From: Octopus sinensis
Taxonomy: Eukaryota
DNA length: 64,000 nt
Assembly: GCF_006345805.1 (NCBI RefSeq)
Contig: NW_021836313.1
Span: 1 to 64,000 of the forward strand
Reading direction: 5' to 3'
Shown: positions 50,521 through 64,000 of the stretch, piece by piece
How the letters are laid out: every line of letters starts with the position of its first letter
Position numbering within the stretch: position 1 is the first letter of the stretch
Notes under the pieces: generated by a model
Databases searched by the model: none
What the model saw: the letters and a program-made list of their open reading frames with translations, nothing else
What the model was told of the DNA's origin: nothing
Program-made: the position numbers and the translations under genes

Positions 50521-51759
50521 AAAAAGGAAAAGAAAAACATACATATGTGTGTATGTATGTATGTATGTATGTATGTATGTATGTATGTATGTATGTATGT
50601 ATGTATGTATGTATGTATGTATGTATGTATGTGTGTATGTATGTACTAAAGTATGTATGCGCATATACCTAACCTCATATATATGTGAATACTTCTCCCG
50701 ATATTTTTTCTCGATTTGTTTCTTATGTTCAAAACATTGAATTATTCCGTACATGCAAACGGACGGCCATTTTTTCCGTCTCTCTCTCTTTCTTGTCTGT
50801 CTGTCTCTCATTTCTCTCTCTCTCTCGACCTCTTTCTCTCTCTTCTCGCTCACAGTCATTCACATTCACAGCCATGTACTATTTGTTTAGAATATAACCA
50901 ACAAAACTCTTAACAAACGTGACGAAATAAATTTATTTTTCCTAATGTAAACGAGCCGACTGTTAATTCACTCTTCATCAACGAGAGTATCTTTTTTCAG
51001 CCGTAATTTAACCACTGTCACCGTATCACAATCAACTTTTCAATAAACTTTCTATTTGTCCTAACATTCAGGTGCACAAGTACCCATCTGTCCGATGTTC
51101 TCAGTCCCCATCTCCCTTCATATCGCTACCGACAACAACAAAAACGCTTATATTGAAATTGCACAAATCACACAAAAATCGAAGACATAGAAACTCTTAG
51201 CAGCAGGGTCTTCACTTATTCTGTTAAAAAAACAAGTCTTTCTTTTTCCCGAGAAATCTGCGTTTATAAAGCCGCATCTTCAGAGGGGTTTTTATATAAT
51301 TTTCCATCGGTAATTTTTTTCCCCGCATTTATAAATGCATCGGTTTATACAGTCCAAGTCAGTGGGATGCGGTCATGCTGGGGCTCCTTTTGTGGCAGTT
51401 GTCTCTTTTTTAGCGAATAAAGGAGTTTGATACTGCTGCGTACATTTACGTTTTTGCCGCAAAAAACAAATGGCTCATGTGGAACCTCAGATATTAGAAT
51501 GACTCGGGGTTTCTTGAAAACATCCACTTCATGTAGATAATTCACGGTTTCTTGCAGGATATTAAAGAGTTTTGATCTTTGAACCCTAAATTATTGAAGA
51601 CACCCGTCCAAACTCGAAATGGGGCGAACGAGACCTTTGGTACAATGCTGTAGCGTCCAGCTCGGGGATTGGCATTGCTCTCAGTGCCAACGCTTAGTGC
51701 TAACCATTCCAGGCTCTCACACACACACACATAGTTCGTTCATTCACTTTGTGAATAAA

Positions 51760-53000
51760 TAAACCAGGTTTGTAATTTTTAGCATCCAATCTGTTATCTC
51801 TTTTATTATGCTTTTTAAAAAACCTTTTTGTGAGTTTCCGACAAGCAGGGAAGCTTTCGTTAAGTGTATGAAGTGGATTTGCTAAGGCCTGTTTACATGT
51901 TTTTAAGGAAATTATTAGACGTCGAAAAGGGCCTATTACGGAGTTTAAGGTCATTTCATTTCTGGATGATATTACATCTTCCTTCTTTATGTCGGTATAA
52001 TCGATCGCTGCTGCTTCAGTTGACTTATTTAGAGGGTGCAGAAAAGAAAAGAAAACAAAAAATTCTCATCTTTTACAGGTTGACAAAAGTTTCAATAGCA
52101 AACGCACGAGGTACACCTGCCCAAACCATAATAACCAAAAGCAAATAAGAAGCATTAGCTACATGAAAACACTATTATCACCTGCTTAACTTCACTAAGC
52201 GTCTCAACAATGGCCGTGTATAATACCGGCTGTTTTTCTGTCGCAGTCTGATGGGTTTTTTTGCATGTGTCTCAGTGGGGATAGTGAAAAGACTTTTGAA
52301 TTATTTATTCAGCATTTCACGTACCTTTACGTAGTCCGCAGTAAATGAGCGTTTTTTCTGGTAACAACGGCGATATTTTTTAATGAATTAAAATTGATCC
52401 TTTTGCAAATTGTATGAGAAACTTTCATATTACCGACAGAACTTCTGTATCACCCACAGAAACATGGTTCCTCTTTCTGCACTTTCTTATTCCACAGTAG
52501 TCTTTCATTACATTTTCAATTTCTAACAGAGACTTTTTGAAGCGGGATTTTTCGCTGACTTTCAGGTATTCATTTCAGTGATTTCAAACTTTGCTCTTCA
52601 TTTCATAAATATTTCTACTCTTCGGTATTCTATTTTTGTACATGTTCTCCATTTTTTTCTGCGACAAATGCAAAGAATATTACTTGCATTATTGAAATAT
52701 ATCACTTAAGTTTTATGCCGTTTTGTTGTGTAGAGGGATGTTCAGGACGGCTCTGGTTGAGCATCTCTTTTGTATCGATTTCCAATTAGCCTTGTGCAAG
52801 TTCACGCTGGATAAAATTCGAGTGCTTCTTGAACAATTCGCGTCTACAGTTTCCTTTGGGCCACTCATTGACAGTTTCACCACGTTATGGTTTCAGAAAA
52901 TCGTCGGCGACACCTTCACATCATTAACGAAATCCGTGTCTAGAATTCTGAAATTTGAATTTACAAAGAAGGGAGAAAATTACTCGATACAGAATAGAAT
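51760..53000 (-). mobile_element. Heavily decayed CR1/L2-group LINE ORF2 (APE end to RT start)
   Basis: LDTDFVNDVKVSPTIF*NHNVV (SDH-like end of APE), NLHKANWKSIQ linker, then DIKKEDVISSRNEM...LKTCKQALANPL...RLDAKNYKP (RT N-terminus). Confidence 0.55.
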
Positions 53001-53109
53001 GTGGATATTTATTCCAGTGCTGAGACACTTCCCGTTAGAACTCTGAGTTTCGCTTGTATGCCAGGTCACATACTTCTCTAGTGCTGTAACTCACCAAAGC
53101 AGTTCTATC

Positions 53110-53490
53110 CCCATCCCAGAAGTATTGCACTTCACTTAGTCAACACAATACCTCCTCTCACTAGTGTTGTACATTCTCTCTGTAATATTGTATCTCACGC
53201 AGAGAAATCTACTTTACCTTAGTAATACTGTAGGTCACACCAGCAACAGTGTACCTCACTCCAGAAAAATGAGCCATACCTCAGCAGCACGGTACTTCAC
53301 CTCAGCAATATACATCACACAACTCATTAGCCTACCTTACCTCAGCAATAACCTACCTTTAGCGGTACCGTATCTCACATCAGCAATAGTTTACCTTACT
53401 CTTGGAGTACTGTAAACTTTATTATTCTGCTCGCATCAGCAATGATACACCTCACCTTAGAAGTATTGTATCTCACCTCAGCAATATTCT
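53110..53490. repeat. Degenerate ~21-22-bp minisatellite
   Basis: Recurring TACCTCACCTCAGCAATA-like unit (e.g. ~53275, 53295, 53335, 53375, 53470). Confidence 0.7.
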
Positions 53491-53707
53491 AAAAATCACA
53501 GTTAAAACCCTGAAGTAATTATAAAGAGCTTTCAAGATGGCATTAACAATGTAATATTACCAAAATCTGCCATTTAAGATCGAGATGTCGGCAACATGAT
53601 CAGAAATTGTTTCGACGCCATCTGACGACCCATTATTGAAATAACCCGGCATAAACATGCTTTTTATCTCATATCAACAATAACGTCGATGGAAGATAAT
53701 TTTATTT

Positions 53708-53930
53708 TAGCCGAGGCAGTGAGCTGGCACGATCATTAGAGCGCAGTAGAAAATGCTTAACGGCATTACATCCGGCTTTATGTTCAAATTCCGCCGAGTT
53801 CCACTTTGTCTTTTATCCTTTTAGGGTCGATGAAACAAGTATCACACGAGCTCTGGGGCCGATGTAATCGAATAGCCCCCTCCCCCAAAATTTCAGGCCT
53901 TGTTCCTATAGCAGAAAAGGTTATTTATAT
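53708..53930 (+). mobile_element. SINE family B
   Basis: GAGGCAGTGAGCTGGCACGATCATTAG...TTCAAATTCCGCCGAG...AAATTTCAGGCCTTGT. Confidence 0.8.
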
Positions 53931-54169
53931 TTTATTAGCATTCACCTGAACCGATGACAACCTTAAATATAAGCCTATAGGTTTAAAACTATCCTTAACC
54001 CTAAAAAATATGGAAGTGACCGCACCAGTGCTTTTCGTGTTGAAACCATTTATTAAAATATAAAATAATATTTTATTCAAATCAATGGTGCAGTAAATTA
54101 AAACCATATTTATCCCAAGTGTTTTGGTAAAAAAAAGAAAAATTAATTAATTTGAGTTTGTGCTTTAAG

Positions 54170-54640
54170 TTGTAAAAAGAAAATACAGACTGGACCAGTC
54201 TGTGAGAAGCGAGTCTTATTTTGTAGATAAAAACAATAGATTCGTATCAAGAAGCATGTTATCGTTGTTGTTGGAGAACTTCTCTGATACACGTGACCAG
54301 CTGATCAGATGCCATTCGATGAACGGCAGCGTTTTTCAACCTGATTGATACGGGCAGCATACAATGTCTTTTTTGTCATATATTGAAAAGCAACCACAAT
54401 TCAAATTGAACAACAAACTCCAATCTAGAAGCGAATTTCTTAAAATGCTGGCTGAAGGACTCCTTGGTGATGACGAACTTGAAAAATTGATTTCAGTTTC
54501 CAAAAGCTGGGTGGGACAAACAACTCACGTGGATTTCCCAAGATTTGTCCTTCGGGAAGAAGGAAAAAGAGAAGAAATGTGAGATTTTTGCATGGCAAAG
54601 CCACAGAGATGAAACAGTTTTGTCATTTTGTATTTCTGAA
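54170..54640 (+). mobile_element. piggyBac transposase C-terminal remnant
   Basis: FFNLIDT-(frameshift)-AAYNVFLSY...SRSEFLKMLAEGLL, followed by a decayed Cys-rich tail; upstream LDQSV. Confidence 0.6.
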
Positions 54641-55073
54641 TGCTCATTTTTTTTTTTTTTGCAAAGGAGTAAAGAATAGCCAGTGTTGCATCAGTGTAAT
54701 TTTCTTTGTTTTTCTACTTAATTGTTCTTTTCGCAGTGTACCAGTTATATTAGTTGAAAATTTCCGATAAAATATACTAATACCACCACCACCACCACCA
54801 AATCCTCTACACAACCCCCATGAAACAGTTCCAGTTCTCTGTTCCAAATTTACCATTACCAGCACAGTTTCACTAAAAATAATATCGATTTATTGCATAG
54901 AGACAAGACAAACTTCTCACCAGGCTATCTCACATATGCTGTTGCACTTAGTTTTTATTGACTAAAAAGAAATGTACGAACACACTTTCTCCAATACACA
55001 CACACGCACACACACACGCACACACACACACACACACATACACACGCACACACACGCACACGCACACACACAC

Positions 55074-55125
<52 letters not shown>

Positions 55126-55280
55126 AGTTTGGAACGCATGGAATATCTCAGACACGCATTTTTACAAAATATTTCGATAACATGTTTTTGTGGAGAGCAA
55201 ATATTAAAACATATACATCTTGTATAAACATTATCTCCATCACTCTCCCAATTAAATTTGAATTGAATAAGAATACATAT

Positions 55281-55314
<34 letters not shown>

Positions 55315-55382
55315 ATATATATATATATATGTTGTGTGTGTGTGTGTATATATTTATATATAATATATATGTTGTATGTATG

Positions 55383-55413
<31 letters not shown>

Positions 55414-55685
55414 GTATGTATATATATATATATATATTATTATACATATACATTCATAATACATATATATGTAGTTATACATACGTACATACATAATATA
55501 TATATATATAGATGCACATATATATGCATATATATTATAATGTATATATGTGTAATATAATGTATATATGTGCATATATATATAAATGTATATATGTGTA
55601 TATATATATATATTTATTGTGTATGTAGGTAAGTATGAATACATAGTGTATATATATATATATATATATATATATTACACACACA

Positions 55686-55723
<38 letters not shown>

Positions 55724-55727
55724 TATA

Positions 55728-55762
<35 letters not shown>

Positions 55763-56210
55763 ATATATATTATATATTTTATATATGTATGCATATGTAT
55801 ATATCTCCACTTAAATTTAAAAGAAAATGAAATATTTTTCCATCGATTTTTTTCAACCGCTGCGTGCCAGAGACGTCGAGTCGACGATATTTTCATCAAT
55901 TTATTATTTCAGTTAACAATGTTAATTTTTATCGTTATACATATATTTTTTTAATCACTTCCCATCTGCGCATGTGGCCGAGTATTTCGCATATAAAGCT
56001 GTCAGTTTCCTTGAGGAGAGAAAATTAAATACACTGCGGTTGTATGCCTCAGATACCGATCGACAAAACCAATATCGATGTGTGTGTGTGTGTGTGTGTA
56101 GGTATATGAATGTGTGTATATTATATTATATATATATATATATATATACATATGTATGTATATTATTATTTATGTCTATAGACATACATACCTATATATA
56201 TATATATATA

Positions 56211-56256
<46 letters not shown>

Positions 56257-56573
56257 ATATTATATATATATATGTAAGTTCGATAAGTGCCAATGAACGA
56301 AAGTCTCAGTTCTTGAGTTACTCTGTAACTTCTGCTGATTACAAAATATATCTATATAAACATAATTATATACGTGTGTGTGTGTGGGGGGGTGTTTATG
56401 ATTCACTTCTACCATATATCTTCCTCTAGCGATTCTTTGCTATTTTGGCCTTCCTTATTTTAGATGTAGTTAAACATTTGTAAAAAAAAATAATAAACGA
56501 ATTTTTTAACGCTAGAAAATGAAAACACAGTATGTGACCGATATTAATCGACCAATATGCTTATACGCCATAC

Positions 56574-56607
<34 letters not shown>

Positions 56608-57067
56608 ACGTTCGGTTGGCATGTGAGTATGGAGGCATTATTAAAATGTATATTTTTCATGTGTACATATATGTATCTTTTTCTCTCTACCAATGCATAA
56701 TCGCACTTACACATATGCAGTCATGCTTATGCAAAGCAATCATCTGCGAAGTGAACGTGTTATCCCAAGTGGATAGTGAGAAAATTAAGTGTTACATACG
56801 CGCACGCACACATACACACACACACACATAAACACACACACACAGGCTCTCACAGGCACACTCTTTCTGACATCCATGTATACATGTATGTATGCATATG
56901 CAGTATGTATATACGTATGCATGCGTACGTACTTACATTGGTCTATATATATATGTATGTGTATGTATGTATGTATGTATGTGTATATATACATATACAC
57001 ACAAACAAACACCCACAACACACACATATATATATATATAGATATAAATAATATATATTAGAAATAT

Positions 57068-57108
<41 letters not shown>

Positions 57109-57459
57109 TATATATATATATGTATGTATACATGTATGAATACATTTATGCATGTATGCATTTATGTATTTATGCAATTTTGCCTATGAATTGGCAACAA
57201 AAACAATTTTAGGGTGATTAGTTGCCTTCTACGTTGACGAAAAATGAGACTTTCTGGACTGGTAAAGAATAAAAATTTTCAAGTTTGTCTGATTGACCAA
57301 AGATAGAAAAAGACAATTTCCTGGTTCCAGGAAGAAGCAATTAGTTTGAAACTTCGAAATATCTTCCCTCAGCGACACAACACCAGTTTAGGAATCTTAT
57401 ACTTTCCACATGTATATATTATAACACTACCACCTCCTCAACCATTAGGTCGTAAGAAT

Positions 57460-58090
57460 TGTTCCAGAATATATTATGGTGTGCCCCTCTCTTCTCCCTA
57501 AATGTTATGACAAATATAGGTAGAAGATTCTTACACTTATTAGATAATCACTTTCCCGAAAACCATACGTATAGAAGAATAATCAATAGACACACGGTTA
57601 AAATCACGTATGCGACCCCCGTGTGAAGGCCTATATCATTAAACAACTGATGACTCAGACATTTCAAGGATGCCCATGCAGAGATAAATCTAAATATCCC
57701 CCGAGACAGGCATGCGGTATACTCCCCGTTGTTTATAAAGCGCAGGTATCAACAAATTATGGCAGCTGTTGGACAGAGACCAAATGTTATATTGGATTGG
57801 TAGCAGAACACTTTAAATCCAGATACAACAATCATCTTTCAATCTTCAGACATATCGAGAAGGCACGTGTAACAACACTCTCAACATTAGTCTGGAAACT
57901 TAAGGACGAGAACGTCAGCTACACCATCAAATAGAAGATCCTTATTAAGACCAACCTTATATTAAAGGGTCAAAGAGATATGTCATTGTTCCACTGGAAA
58001 AGACTGTATCTTTTAAACAATTCAAAAACCTCCAATGACCGTAAATAGCAGGAGCGAAATTTTTTCGGTATGTCCGCATTTAAAAAATTA
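57460..58090 (+). mobile_element. Penelope-like element ORF 3' part (RT-EN linker plus GIY-YIG)
   Basis: FSLNVMTNIGRRFLHLLDNHFPENHTYRRIINRHTVKITY; VVYKAQV...CYIGLVAEHFKSRYNNH...TTLSTLVWKLKDENVSYTIK*KIL. Confidence 0.85.
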
Positions 58091-58559
58091 CATTTTAACA
58101 GAAATTAAGAATAAACTACCGGACGCATCGCAAACCATTCCAGTGTTGGTTTAAGTAAGTTTGATATTCGTAAAGCACAGGTTATATTTACTGTGGTATT
58201 AATTATCTGTCTTGTGTTTCTCTCTGTTCTTTTTTTTAAATGCACGTGCTTATTCAAATGTCAATTGCATCGATCGAAGTTACTAGACCGTCATATTGTT
58301 TTTACCAGCTTGTTAAATAGCGAAATAAGTTAATATTTTCGACAGAAAATCCTGGGTAGTTGCATTTCACAAGGGTGTTTGTGGTTTTCATTATATATAT
58401 ATGTATGTCATTATATATATATGTCATTATTCAGTTTATTTCAAGATTTCTTGCCAATAGAAAACTTTAAATCCAGATACAACAACGATCTTTCAATCTT
58501 CCGTCGACAAGACACGATGTATTTATATATATTTATGTATATACATATATTATCCGAAA

Positions 58560-58910
58560 TGTATAGTATTAAATATCCATCACGGCTGGACTTACCAATC
58601 GGTTTCGCGTACAGAATACAATGGAGTGTTAAGTAACAAGCCGATTATATAACTTTACGCTCATCAGAGTTAGCCGATATGGAAGGGAATATGGCGAAAG
58701 CAGTCGCTATATTCCCTTCCATATCGGCTAACGAGTATACATACATGAATGGTACAACAATGCACTATAATATTTTTAAAAATGGACTATATACCTGTTG
58801 TAATTTAGTTATCCATAGTCCGATGATATTTCGGAATACAATTCCTTCTTCAGATATTCTTAGATGGTGTCGCTGCTATAATCGGTTTTCATTGGAAAAC
58901 CGGTATATAT
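58560..58910 (-). mobile_element. pLTR/retrozyme-like segment with long hairpin and hammerhead-like core
   Basis: Hairpin at 58669-58732; minus strand CUGAAGA-A-GGAAU-UGU-AUUCC-GAAA at 58829-58853; lies ~500 bp downstream of the Penelope ORF. Confidence 0.5.
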
Positions 58911-59049
58911 CTAATATTTATATATATAGAGATAGAGATATATATATAATTATATATATAATATATATAGATATATTATACATATATCTATATTTTTATA
59001 TATATATACGATAAGATATATACATATATATATATATCTATACATATAT

Positions 59050-59092
<43 letters not shown>

Positions 59093-59305
59093 CATATAGA
59101 TATAAATAGTATATATATACATATATATATATATATATTATACATATATAGATACATAATATAAAATATATTATATATATTAGATACATATAGATTATGG
59201 ATTATAGATATATATATATATACACATATATATATATATATATTATATATCTATACCTATAATATATATACAATATATAATATGTATTACATTATATATC
59301 TATAT

Positions 59306-59339
<34 letters not shown>

Positions 59340-59927
59340 GACATATATATATATATGTATATATATATATATTATATATACATATTATATATTACTATAC
59401 ACATATATATATATATATACATATATATATAATACATATATATATATATATACATAATATATACATATATATTATACATTAATATATATTATATATATAT
59501 ATACAATAATATACATATATATATATATATATATCCATATATTATTTATAGAACATATATATATATATATAACATATATATATCGATATAACATATAGCT
59601 TATATATATATATAATAGATACACATATATTAATATAGTATAATATTATACATATTATATATTATATATAATTATATATACATATATATAGAGATAACAT
59701 ATATATATATATATATATATATAATACAGATATATATATATAATATACATATATATTACATATATATTATACAATATATATATACATATACATATAAAAA
59801 TCTATATATTATAATCATATATATTATATGAATATATATAATTATATATATATATTATCCATCTATTATATATATATATCATATAATACTATATATATAT
59901 AGATACATATATATAGATATATATATA

Positions 59928-61017
59928 TTGTAGTTGAAGGGGTAAAATCAAGCCCAGCCAAAGTCAGTAGTGGGCGTCCGCAGCACTGTGTGGGCCCAAC
60001 TTTTTTCAGCATTTAATTAATGACATAATTGATCATCAGCACAGCAACATAAAAATCTTTGCAGATGACTCCAAGCTACAGAAGGTCATAAATGAGGCGA
60101 GTGACCGGACAGCCTTCAGTCAGATCTAATGGCTGTTATCCATGGGCAGAAAAAAACATATGCTGCTGAACGAGGATAAATTGAGCTAATTCACTTTGGA
60201 AAAGAGGATGCCCTGAAACTCCCATACTCCCTTCCGTCGGTGAACTCTCGCGGCGTCCAACAACTCAGAGACTGGGAGTAATGTAATGTGGACAACAACG
60301 TAAGCTGGGCCACTCATATAAACACCAAAGTTGACATGGCCGCAGACAGAATGTGTTCTTGATTCTCAGAACTTTCCAATCGAGAGAGATCCACACCATA
60401 TCCTTCTCTTTCTCCCTTTTGCCCGACCCACCTTGAATAATGTTGTCCACTGTGGTCTCCCCACACAAACAAGGTATCATAAAAGTTGAACAACCTCAAA
60501 GGGCAATCACAAAAAGATAGATTGGCATGACAGGCCTCGACTATTGGGTCGATAGAAAAGCTCTAAAAAATCTTCTCTCCAACGTCGGTCGTGAGCGCTA
60601 CATCATCTGCAATGATGTGGAAAATATTCCATCAGCATTGCCCACCCAAATGAGTTGGCATCACCTTGAAGGTACATCCAAGGCTTGGGCCCCGTGCCAT
60701 CCGCCCAAAACAAAAATCGCACTCTCATCTCATAACAAAAATACGGCACAATTATGTCACCTCAATTGGCCCCGCTCTCTTTACATTACACCAAACACAT
60801 TAAAACAGAAATGACCCTATAGTGTCAAGAAGTCTTTGGACAGATCCTTCAAGAATCCCGGAGAAAACCCCCTACACCGGATAGGCTCTGTAAACAATAA
60901 CTCTCACTTGAGTGGGCCATAGTGCCCCAAATTCTGACTTGAAAGACGCACCAGGTGGTGTTATTAAGTTAGACAGGCCTGGGCCAAGAATGGCCGAAAC
61001 CTATCAAAGTATCCAAG
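59928..61017 (+). mobile_element. CR1/L2-group LINE 3' fragment (copy 1)
   Basis: IFADDSKL, RRERYIIC; 3' GGCC-AAGAAT-GGCC stem-loop and TATCAAAG-like tail; matches 62197-63294 with many 1-bp indels; (TA)n on both sides. Confidence 0.85.
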
Positions 61018-61198
61018 TATATATATATACATATATATATATTACATATATATCTATATATATACAATATATATATACATATTATATAATATATACATTA
61101 TATATATATACATATATATATATATATAGACATATATATATATACTATATTAATATATACATATATATATATATACATATATATAATACAATATATAC

Positions 61199-61231
<33 letters not shown>

Positions 61232-61309
61232 ATATATACATTATATTATACATATATATATATACATATATCTATATATATAATTATATAACATATATTA
61301 TATATATAC

Positions 61310-61340
<31 letters not shown>

Positions 61341-61380
61341 CTATATATATATATACATATATATATATATACATATATAC

Positions 61381-63294
61381 ATCAATAACCAAAGATCAGC
61401 TGAGAGAAGTGGGCCATTGAAAACATCAAATCAACCCACCAAGTGTTCTTTGCATTTGCGAGGAAACGCAGGTCACTGTCTCCACTTGTAGGCCCTCTAA
61501 TGACGAAATGGGCACTCTCCAAGATAATGCCAAATCCATGGCCGAGATACTGCAAAAACAATATGCTCTGTTTTCAGCAATCTGATATGGCCGATCTGGG
61601 CTGGATCAGTGATGTCACCCCCACACACTATATCGGACATAACGTTTTAGTGCCCCTGATGTCTTAGCGGCGCGATAAACGAAATAAAACACAATTCAGC
61701 AAGGCCCCGATAGGTTCCCTGCTTGGTCATGAGGTGTGTCGACACAACTTGCATCTCCCCTTGCAATGTGGAGAAAATCACTGGATGCTGGCTATATTCA
61801 AAAAACCTTCTGTCCCAGTCTGTTGTCCCAGTTTCAAAAGGGAAAACAAGTCCCTTGCGTGAATTACGTCCGATCTCACTCACCTCTCATATCATCAAGG
61901 TATTTGAGAGGGTGGTGAGATCTCGAATAACCCAATTTCTGGAAAGCAACATACGGCTGATCTCCAACCAACATGGTTCCGAATGGAAGGGAAGCCTAAC
62001 GCAGATCCTGCATCACTTTGAGACATTTTGAGAGATTTGGGAGAGGGCTCCAACACCGATTGTATCTACCTTGATTCTCATAAGGCCTTCGACAGGGTCG
62101 ATCACAAGATCCTATTGAAAACTATCCAACATTGGTTGTCTCTGGAAAGTTACTGAAATGGATTAAGTGTTTCCTGACAGACAGATTCAAAGTTGTAGTT
62201 GAAGGGTAAAATCAAGCCCAGCCAAAAGTCATAGTGGCGTTCCGCAAGGCACTGTGCTGGGCCCACTTCTTTTCATCATTTACATTAATGAACATTAATG
62301 AATCATCAAGCACAGCAACATAAAAAATCTTTGCAGATGACTCCAAGCTACAGAAGGTATAAATGAGGCGAGGTGACCGGACATGCCTTCAGTCAGATCT
62401 ACTGCTGTTATCCAATGGGCAGAAAAAACAATATGCTGCTGAACGAGGATAATTTGAGCTAATCCACTTTGGAAAAGAGGATGCCCTGAAACTCCCATTA
62501 CTCCCTTCCTTCAGGTGACAACTCTCGCGGCGTCCAACAACATCAGACTTGGGAGTAATTGTGGACAACAACGTAAGCGGGCCACTCATATAAACACCAA
62601 GTTGACATGGCCCGCAGAATGTGTTCCTGGATTCTCAGAACTTTCCAGTCGAGAGATATCCACACCATTATCCTTCCTTCTCCACTTTTTGCCCGACCCC
62701 ACCTTGAATACTGTTGTCCACTGTGGTCTCCCCACACAATACAAGGTATCATAAAAGTTGAAGCACCCTCAAAGGGCAATCACAAAAAAGATAAGATGGC
62801 ATGACAGGCCTCGACTATTGGGGTCGACTAGAAAAGCTAAAACTCTATCTCTCCAACGTCGTCGTGAGCGCTACATCATCTGCATGATGTGGAAAATATT
62901 CCATCAGCATTTCCAAATGATGTTGGCATCACCTGTAAGGTAATCCAAGGCTTGGGCCCGTGCCATCCGCCCAAAACAAAAATCGCACTCTCATCTCATA
63001 ACAACAATACGGACAATTATTTCACCTCAATTGGGCCCCGCTCTCTTTAACATTACCACCAAAACACATTAAAACAGAAACTGACCCTATAGGGTTCAAG
63101 AAGCTTTGGACAGATTCCTTCAAGAATCCCGGATAAACCCCCTACACCCGGATATGTCTCTGTAAACAATAACTCTCTACTTGAGTGGGCCATAGTGCCC
63201 AAATTCTGACTTGAAAGACGTCACCAGGTGGTGCTATTAAGTTAGACATGGCCTGGGCCAATAATGGCCGAAACCTAATCAAAGTATCAATAGT
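61381..63294 (+). mobile_element. CR1/L2-group LINE, 5'-truncated (copy 2)
   Basis: [88 protein letters not shown]; frameshifted throughout. Confidence 0.9.
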
Positions 63295-63399
63295 ACATTA
63301 TATATATATATACATATAATAATATATATAATATATATATATCTATACTACATATATATATATACATATATATATATATATGCATATATAATATATATA

Positions 63400-63501
<102 letters not shown>

Positions 63502-64000
63502 TGTTGTGGGTGTGTGTGTGAATTTAGGAAACGGGTGAGTGAATGAGTGAAATTTTGTAAATAGAATTTGAGCCTTCGCCGTAGATTGCCTCAAGAAAAT
63601 AGTTTTATAATAGGACATATAAAGCCCAGCTTGCAGTCTTCAGTCATTAAAGTATTACGTTCTTGTAATCAGTGTTCTTCATGTAAAATAAACGAGTAAT
63701 TGCCATATATTGATGCAAATTCTACCCATTCGTTACTATCTTTAAAAACCTAGATTTGCGCCCTTCAAAGACTGTAGATATCGTGTATGCAGTTTATCCT
63801 CTGACGATTAATCCTTTAAACATACTCATTTTCTGAATGACACATTAAAAGATTGGCTTCAAAGACAGAATACATTACTTGCATGATAAGGCTAATATTC
63901 ATAAATGCAAGGGTAGAAACCGAAATGTTATACTCTATTCCCTTCCCTACAGTTTAAATGTTAGTTCCAATGTTAGCGGAATTTTCAAAAATCTTACAAG

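Noticed and set aside
51071-51230. Strong-looking acceptor CTAACATTCAG|G as an exon start
   Set aside because: All three frames stop before a credible donor; no recognisable peptide.
53110-53490. CRISPR array
   Set aside because: Units are adjacent and degenerate with no unique spacers; eukaryotic context; no cas genes.
60975-61005. GGCC-AAGAAT-GGCC-GAAAC as a hammerhead
   Set aside because: The CUGANGA core is absent (only CCTG). Its position just before the 8-bp tail fits the usual CR1/L2 3' stem-loop.

Overview
AT-rich, microsatellite-saturated eukaryotic DNA with no host gene I can identify. The SINE families and repeat make-up look like an Octopus (coleoid cephalopod) genome; this is recognition from memory, not a database result. 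Nearly all listed ORFs are microsatellite translations or transposon remnants. Recognisable content: (1) four R4/Dong-type RLE LINE copies, one full length, the three larger ones bracketed by (TAA)n; (2) three Tx1/L1-type LINE pieces, two abutting (TCTA)n; (3) CR1/L2-group LINEs; (4) an RTE 3' end; (5) Penelope GIY-YIG remnants; (6) hAT, mariner and piggyBac fossils and MITEs; (7) a solo LTR; (8) many copies of two tRNA-derived SINE families. The least explained signal is a set of short non-coding elements, several forming long palindromes anchored in (TA)n, that carry hammerhead-ribozyme cores. These range from nearly canonical (11168-11226, 25006-25131) to family-wide mutated, suggesting several Penelope/retrozyme-like mini-element families. 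A second theme is that different retroelement families each sit in a different microsatellite motif. Dense 1-bp indels in young-looking elements suggest long-read consensus error, so some frameshifts may be artefacts.
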